Below, in pieces: positions 6,554 through 11,516 of a DNA stretch of 11,516 nt. The DNA lies in the NCBI GenBank assembly GCA_038279365.1, contig JAYODI010000033.1, positions 41,275 through 52,790 of the forward strand. Direction: 5' to 3'. The position numbers and the translations under genes are program-made. How positions within the stretch are numbered: the stretch's first letter is position 1; each line of letters begins with the position of its first letter. This DNA is from Candidatus Latescibacterota bacterium (GTDB lineage: Bacteria > Latescibacterota > UBA2968). The notes beneath the pieces were generated by a model. That model was not told the DNA's origin and searched no databases. It saw nothing but the letters and a program-made list of their open reading frames with translations.

Positions 6554-8734
6554 CTATCCCGCAGAAGACTCGCGAACCAAACGCAATACACCATCGGGCA
6601 AATCGGCATTCAAAAGTCGTTCACGGTTTTGTTCATTGCTTGCCAAGCGTGCAATTTCGGCCATGGTTTCCAAATGCCCTTCGGCATCACCCACCGGACT
6701 AATGAGCAAAAAAACCAACCTCACCAATTCACCATCACGTGCCAACCAATCCACACCATTGGGCACTTGCGCAAATGCACAAATACGAAAATCAATATCT
6801 TCGCTATAGACATGCGGCACCGCCACACCATGTCCTAAGGCCGAAGAAAACATATTTTCGCGATTGATTAACATTTTTAAAATTTGTTCATCAGATAAAC
6901 TGGGCAACAATTCCGTTATATTTTTCACCAAAACAGACAACACAGTCTGCCAGTTTTCGGCATCTATTTTTGACACCAATTTTGGTCGCAAACTCGCCGA
7001 CAAATATTCGGCTTCACGCCGTAACAACAACACATCAAAACCCTCATCAAACTGTTCTTCTAACAAATGAACCATACCATCCCCCACACCCATCAAATAT
7101 CGGGCTGGGTTATCTTCATCACGCCGTGGGTCTTTTAAATGCATCAAAACCGCTTCACCACGCTCAAGTTCACCACTCATCACAGAAGGTTTTGGCAAAC
7201 CACGCCACACAGCATGCCCACCAAACCCATTGTCACTGCGCCTGCGCCAATGATACACCTTCTCTTTTCCCAAAATATCACCCCAATGCTGGCACAACAA
7301 CATATTGAGATCTTCATTATCAGTTAAGGCCAACAGATGACCAACCGACTGAATTTCGGCATATCCTTCCAAAGACACATCACGTGCATCTTCTCGCAAT
7401 GCCGTGAGTCCTTCGGAACGTGCCACAGAAACAGCTTGTGGATTGGTATCAACCAAAACAACAGACTGCTTCCCCACATCTTTTAGAAAATGAGCAACCG
7501 ATCTCCCCAAAGCATGTGCGCCAACAATCAACCACCCAGTTGGGTCGGGCCGTTGTAACCGCAAAAGTTTAGCCAAAGGCCCCGCCGTAAAACCCTGTAT
7601 CAAAACCGTTGCAACAATAACTGAATAAACAAAAGTCTCAATATATGTCGCCTGAGCCACACCTTGCTTTGCCAAATTTAAAGCAAATAAAGAGGCCATA
7701 GATGCCGCCACAATACCACGTGGGGCAACCCAAGACAAAAACAATCGCTCACGCCAAGACAACCCAAGCCCCCAGCCACATACCAGAATATTTAATGGGC
7801 GCACCAAAAACATTACGCCTGCCACAACAACAATGCCTTGCCATCCAAATTCGGCAAACTGCTGTAAATCGAGGCGAGCAGCCAACAAAATAAACAGGGT
7901 GCCAATCAACAGATCTGTAATCTCAGCCTTAAACTGTCGAATCTCTTTTAATTCGCCTGGTTTTTTAACACCCAAAACAAATCCAGCAACGGTCACAGCC
8001 AACAAACCCGATTCTGAAAAAAACGCTTCCGCACATCCAAAAACCAACGTTGCGGCTCCCAACGCAAAAGCATTGATCATATCGTCGGGCACCAAACGTT
8101 TTTTAATCAATTGATAAATCAGCAAGCCACCGCCCACACCCAGTGCCAACCCCCAAATAAAACGCATTAAAAACTTTGCCATTGCAATATTATGCCCAGC
8201 CTCACCAATCCATTCATAACACAAAATGGCAATAAACACGCCCACAGGATCAATCAACACCCCTTCCCAATGCAAAATATTGTGTAAGTTGCTTTTTACC
8301 TTTATACGCTTAAGCAAAGGGGCAATAACTGTAGGCCCAGTTACAATGACCAAACTGGCCGCCAGCAAACACAAAAACAAATCGAACCGAAACACCAACC
8401 AAATCAAGCTTGCCGTTACCCCCCAAGTCACCAATACACCCGCCGAAAGCAAGCGCCGAATAAGCCCCGATGCAGACCGATAACCTTGTAGATCAAGTGT
8501 AAGCCCACCCTCAAAAAGAATGAGCCCAATAGCCAAAGACACAATCACAGACAGCATATTTCCCAATTGATCGGACCGCACAATTCCAATACCTTCTGGT
8601 CCTAACAACACCCCGCCCACCAACAACAACACAATGGCTGAAATGTTCAAACGCCGAGACAACACAATCAACACAATACCCGCCGAAATAGCTGTCACCA
8701 GCGTCATCAACATGCCATGTGTAAACTGATCCAT
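6554..8734 (-). CDS. CPA1 (NhaP-type) cation:proton antiporter fused to RCK_N/TrkA-N-like and C-terminal PTS EIIA (Ntr/Fru-type) domains
   Basis: About 400 aa of hydrophobic N-terminus with ILFEGGL, VTGPTVI, WEGVLIDP and APRGIVAA. This is followed by Rossmann-like LIVGAHALG..VLVDTN..LALTDNEDLN, and a C-terminal RENMFSSALGHGVAVPH...LVFLLISP....HL..MAEIARL EIIA domain. SD GAGGA upstream. Confidence 0.9.
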   Translation of the reverse strand: MDQFTHGMLMTLVTAISAGIVLIVLSRRLNISAIVLLLVGGVLLGPEGIGIVRSDQLGNMLSVIVSLAIGLILFEGGLTLDLQGYRSASGLIRRLLSAGVLVTWGVTASLIWLVFRFDLFLCLLAASLVIVTGPTVIAPLLKRIKVKSNLHNILHWEGVLIDPVGVFIAILCYEWIGEAGHNIAMAKFLMRFIWGLALGVGGGLLIYQLIKKRLVPDDMINAFALGAATLVFGCAEAFFSESGLLAVTVAGFVLGVKKPGELKEIRQFKAEITDLLIGTLFILLAARLDLQQFAEFGWQGIVVVAGVMFLVRPLNILVCGWGLGLSWRERLFLSWVAPRGIVAASMASLFALNLAKQGVAQATYIETFVYSVIVATVLIQGFTAGPLAKLLRLQRPDPTGWLIVGAHALGRSVAHFLKDVGKQSVVLVDTNPQAVSVARSEGLTALREDARDVSLEGYAEIQSVGHLLALTDNEDLNMLLCQHWGDILGKEKVYHWRRRSDNGFGGHAVWRGLPKPSVMSGELERGEAVLMHLKDPRRDEDNPARYLMGVGDGMVHLLEEQFDEGFDVLLLRREAEYLSASLRPKLVSKIDAENWQTVLSVLVKNITELLPSLSDEQILKMLINRENMFSSALGHGVAVPHVYSEDIDFRICAFAQVPNGVDWLARDGELVRLVFLLISPVGDAEGHLETMAEIARLASNEQNRERLLNADLPDGVLRLVRESSAG

Positions 8735-8846
8735 AAATCATCCTCATTGCCAATAAAAATAAAACCACACGTCCTGAAAAAATCACTGTTTGCACTGCTC
8801 GCCAAACAATTGCTGTGGCATCAAAATGAAATATCGTCAAAACAAA

Positions 8847-10940
8847 CTATTTTAATGATGGTTGAAAACGTTTGGACAATGTCTCCAAACCCTCTTTTTC
8901 GCCTAAAACAGTTAAACGATCGTCTTCTTGCAAGCGGGTATCACCCCGTGGTATAAGCATACTTCCCCCACGTCGTAACAACGCAACCAAACATCCATCA
9001 GGAAAGTCAACTTCTCGCAAGGGAAGACCAATTAATTCTGCCAAAGGAGAATTCATTCTCAAGGTCAAAGACAAAAAACCTTCACTGTGTAACAAAGCTT
9101 CTTTAATTTCTTGCTCATTCTCCGCCGCTTGCCACTCGGTTAAAAAATTTTCATCATCTACACGACGAGCAATTTGTGCCAATATGCGCAAATGTTGCGA
9201 AGGATCGTGCTCTGGGCTAAACAAATAGAAAATGGCAGTCAAACGCTCTTCCGCTTCGTGCCCTGTTAAAGGATCAGTAAACTGAATATGAATACCTTGT
9301 TTAGAGCGCACCAATACCATTTCACCATGTTCAATGCCATCTATTTGCAAATGTGGCAAACCCACCCCATGTGTCACAGGTGTGGCACCAATATGTGTAC
9401 GATCCAAAAGTTGCTTTTCAATTTCATCAGCCGTATGAGGCACATGCCCAGACAACCACTCGGCAACACGGCGTGTAACAGTTTCAAACTCAGCCGGCCC
9501 ATCCAAATCAATAACCAAACTGCGTGCAATCACTTCATCAAAAGGATCTTCTTCTCGCAATCCTTTTTCCTTTAAAATACCACGCAATTCTGCATCTAAC
9601 CCATTATAACGCAATTGCCCCCACCGCTCAAACATATGATAAATGGCACCATTGCGCACCACGCGGTGTCGGGCAAATTTAAAATACCAAACAGTGCCTA
9701 ACATGACCAGTCCAGCAGAAAACAAAGACGGTATCCACCCCATCTCCAAAATTAAAACACCCGAAGACAAAATGCCAAAAATCTGCATCCAAGGATACCA
9801 CGGCGAATGATAACCCGAATCGTAAGAGGCCAACCCACTCTCGCGCATCACCATCACTGCCAAACAAACCAAAGCAAACATCAACAATTGAAACGCACTG
9901 GCCAATTTTGCAATTTTTGTAGGATCGAGAAATATGAGAATCAAAATGATCACTCCCATTGTCACAACCACCGAAGAAACAGGTGCACCCTTTGCATTTA
10001 AGCGCTGAAAAAACTGTGGCATCATATGGTCACGGCTCATCGCCAATGGATAACGTGATGCCGACAGCATACCCGCATTGGCCACAGAAACAAAAGCCAA
10101 CAATGCAGCACCTGAAACCAACAATGCGCCCCAATTGCCAAACAAAACCCCCGCTGCCGAAGCCGCAGGTGTCAAATCGCCCACCAATTGCCCAAGCGGC
10201 AAAACACCCACCATCACAGCCGTGCCCAAACCGTATATTAAAACTGCAGTAATCAATGACAAAATGATTCCCAATGGCAAATTGCGTTCAGGATCTTTTA
10301 CTTCTTCAGATAAACTTGCAACCTTTGTCACGCCCACATAGCTGATATACACCAACCCAGCCGTCGACAAAATCGTTTCTGCCTCTACATCAAACATAGC
10401 CGTTAGCCGCGACATCTGAATTTGTGGCACACCCCCCACAACAAAAAAAGTCAAAATCACCAACAATCCAACCACCAATGCCACTTGAAAACCACCCGTC
10501 TTATCTGCACCCAATAAATTCAATGCACCCAGTGCAATGGCTATCCCCACTGCAACAGGAACAATGGGTAACTCAGGGACATACAATGCGATATAGGCCC
10601 CCATTCCCACAAGTGCAAACGATACTTTTAAAACCAGTGCCAACCATGTGCCAATACCGCCCATCGTGCCCATCCAAGGGCCCAATGACCGATCTAAAAA
10701 ATAATACACCCCACCAGCACGTGGCATAGCAGTCGCCAATTCAATAATACTAAACGTTGCCGGTATTAACGGAATAGCAGCAACAATATATGCCAACACA
10801 ATCGCGGGTCCCGCTTCTACTGCTGCAAGCCCTGGCAACAAAAAAAAACCGGCACTCAGAGTTGCCCCTGTGGCAATGGCATAAACACCCAAAAGTCCTA
10901 TTTCTTTTTTCAATTTTACTTTTTTATTGCGCTCGACCAA
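8847..10940 (-). CDS. APC-superfamily permease fused to PTS EIIA and C-terminal RCK_C/TrkA-C domains
   Basis: TTG start after SD GGGGAG. APC motifs LKKEIGL, GATLSAGFF, ELATAMPRAGG.Y, SEEVKDPERNLP, SRYPLAMSRD. Then EIIA-like TPVTHGVGLPH...HLRILAQIA, and TrkA-C-like SPLAELIGLPLREVDFPDGCLVALLRRGG...PRGDTRLQEDDRLTVLG. Confidence 0.9.
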   Translation of the reverse strand: MVERNKKVKLKKEIGLLGVYAIATGATLSAGFFLLPGLAAVEAGPAIVLAYIVAAIPLIPATFSIIELATAMPRAGGVYYFLDRSLGPWMGTMGGIGTWLALVLKVSFALVGMGAYIALYVPELPIVPVAVGIAIALGALNLLGADKTGGFQVALVVGLLVILTFFVVGGVPQIQMSRLTAMFDVEAETILSTAGLVYISYVGVTKVASLSEEVKDPERNLPLGIILSLITAVLIYGLGTAVMVGVLPLGQLVGDLTPAASAAGVLFGNWGALLVSGAALLAFVSVANAGMLSASRYPLAMSRDHMMPQFFQRLNAKGAPVSSVVVTMGVIILILIFLDPTKIAKLASAFQLLMFALVCLAVMVMRESGLASYDSGYHSPWYPWMQIFGILSSGVLILEMGWIPSLFSAGLVMLGTVWYFKFARHRVVRNGAIYHMFERWGQLRYNGLDAELRGILKEKGLREEDPFDEVIARSLVIDLDGPAEFETVTRRVAEWLSGHVPHTADEIEKQLLDRTHIGATPVTHGVGLPHLQIDGIEHGEMVLVRSKQGIHIQFTDPLTGHEAEERLTAIFYLFSPEHDPSQHLRILAQIARRVDDENFLTEWQAAENEQEIKEALLHSEGFLSLTLRMNSPLAELIGLPLREVDFPDGCLVALLRRGGSMLIPRGDTRLQEDDRLTVLGEKEGLETLSKRFQPSLK

Positions 10941-11021
10941 TCAAATCTCCCCAAATAAATGAATACACCTTATTCCATATTGCACCGCATACGTTTCACA
11001 AAAATCTCTCTGTTACAAAAT

Positions 11022-11516
11022 TTAACCCACCTCTACTTTCACATCTTTACCTGTTGGTGTAAAGGCCAAATATGTCACATCATTCTCCCGATAAAACGTG
11101 CCATCTTCAAAGCCGGAACGCGTAAGTGCGTGTGTCAAGGGCTTGCCGTCAACCGTCACTTTATTTACCAGTACATCTCTCACACACACAGTCAACTCAG
11201 GCACCTGAACGGGCAGAGTCATCAAAATCGTTTGTCCATCGACAACCACCTGAGCCATCTCGCGTGCAATGGCATAGTTGGTAATTTCACTGCATTTGCG
11301 CCAACGCGTGCGTTCTCCCTTAGGGTCGCGTTCTTCTAAACGCCTTACAACTGTTTGAAAAGCACGAAACCCACGCCGATCATCGTTATGAATACCATAA
11401 AACCCTTGCCAATGGCTAATCAACACACCCGGATCACCTGCATCAATCACCTCAGGCAATCGCCCACCCTGCAAATCGGCCGTGATATAATAATTGGGGT
11501 CCACCTCGCCATATCC
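11022..11516 (-). CDS. Hypothetical protein, C-terminal part (start lies beyond the window edge)
   Basis: The frame stays open to 11516 (GGA TAT GGC GAG GTG GAC...), so the ORF-track start at 11504 is probably internal. Composition is protein-like, with codon style matching neighbouring minus-strand genes. VLISHWQG...W...SEI loosely recalls the end of a polysaccharide-deacetylase-type barrel (uncertain). Confidence 0.75.
   Translation of the reverse strand, partial: GYGEVDPNYYITADLQGGRLPEVIDAGDPGVLISHWQGFYGIHNDDRRGFRAFQTVVRRLEERDPKGERTRWRKCSEITNYAIAREMAQVVVDGQTILMTLPVQVPELTVCVRDVLVNKVTVDGKPLTHALTRSGFEDGTFYRENDVTYLAFTPTGKDVKVEVG

Noticed and set aside
10840..10848. A9 homopolymer (T9 on the coding strand) near the permease 5' end as a phase-variation tract
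   Set aside because: It encodes the conserved TM1 G-F-F-L in a T-rich codon background, and the frame is intact.
5329..11339. Numerous plus-strand ORFs opposite the epimerase and transporter genes, and CAACAA-type micro-repeats
   Set aside because: Shadow ORFs and the reverse complement of Leu/Val codons (TTG/GTT); not a repeat array or CRISPR.

Overview
Bacterial chromosomal window of mostly housekeeping and signalling genes. No rRNA, tRNA, CRISPR array or transposase is recognisable. From left to right: (1) a 5'-truncated glycosyltransferase family 9 (heptosyltransferase-like) reading frame at 1-280 on the minus strand, missed by the ORF track; (2) a Uup-like ABC-F ATPase (-); (3) on the plus strand, an ArsC/Spx-family protein, a stand-alone cyclic-nucleotide-binding protein, a DUF3391/HD-GYP phosphodiesterase with its own sigma70 promoter and flanking terminators, and a SUI1/YciH protein; (4) a minus-strand run of a partial hypothetical protein, an APC permease fused to PTS-EIIA and RCK_C domains, a CPA1 cation:proton antiporter fused to RCK_N and PTS-EIIA domains, and an AGE-family sugar epimerase. 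The best candidate for an under-described system is the transporter pair. Each carries a PTS-EIIA domain with the phosphoacceptor His retained, and the two halves of an RCK (TrkA) module are split between them. The epimerase follows immediately downstream. All family calls come from motif recognition by eye; no searches were run.
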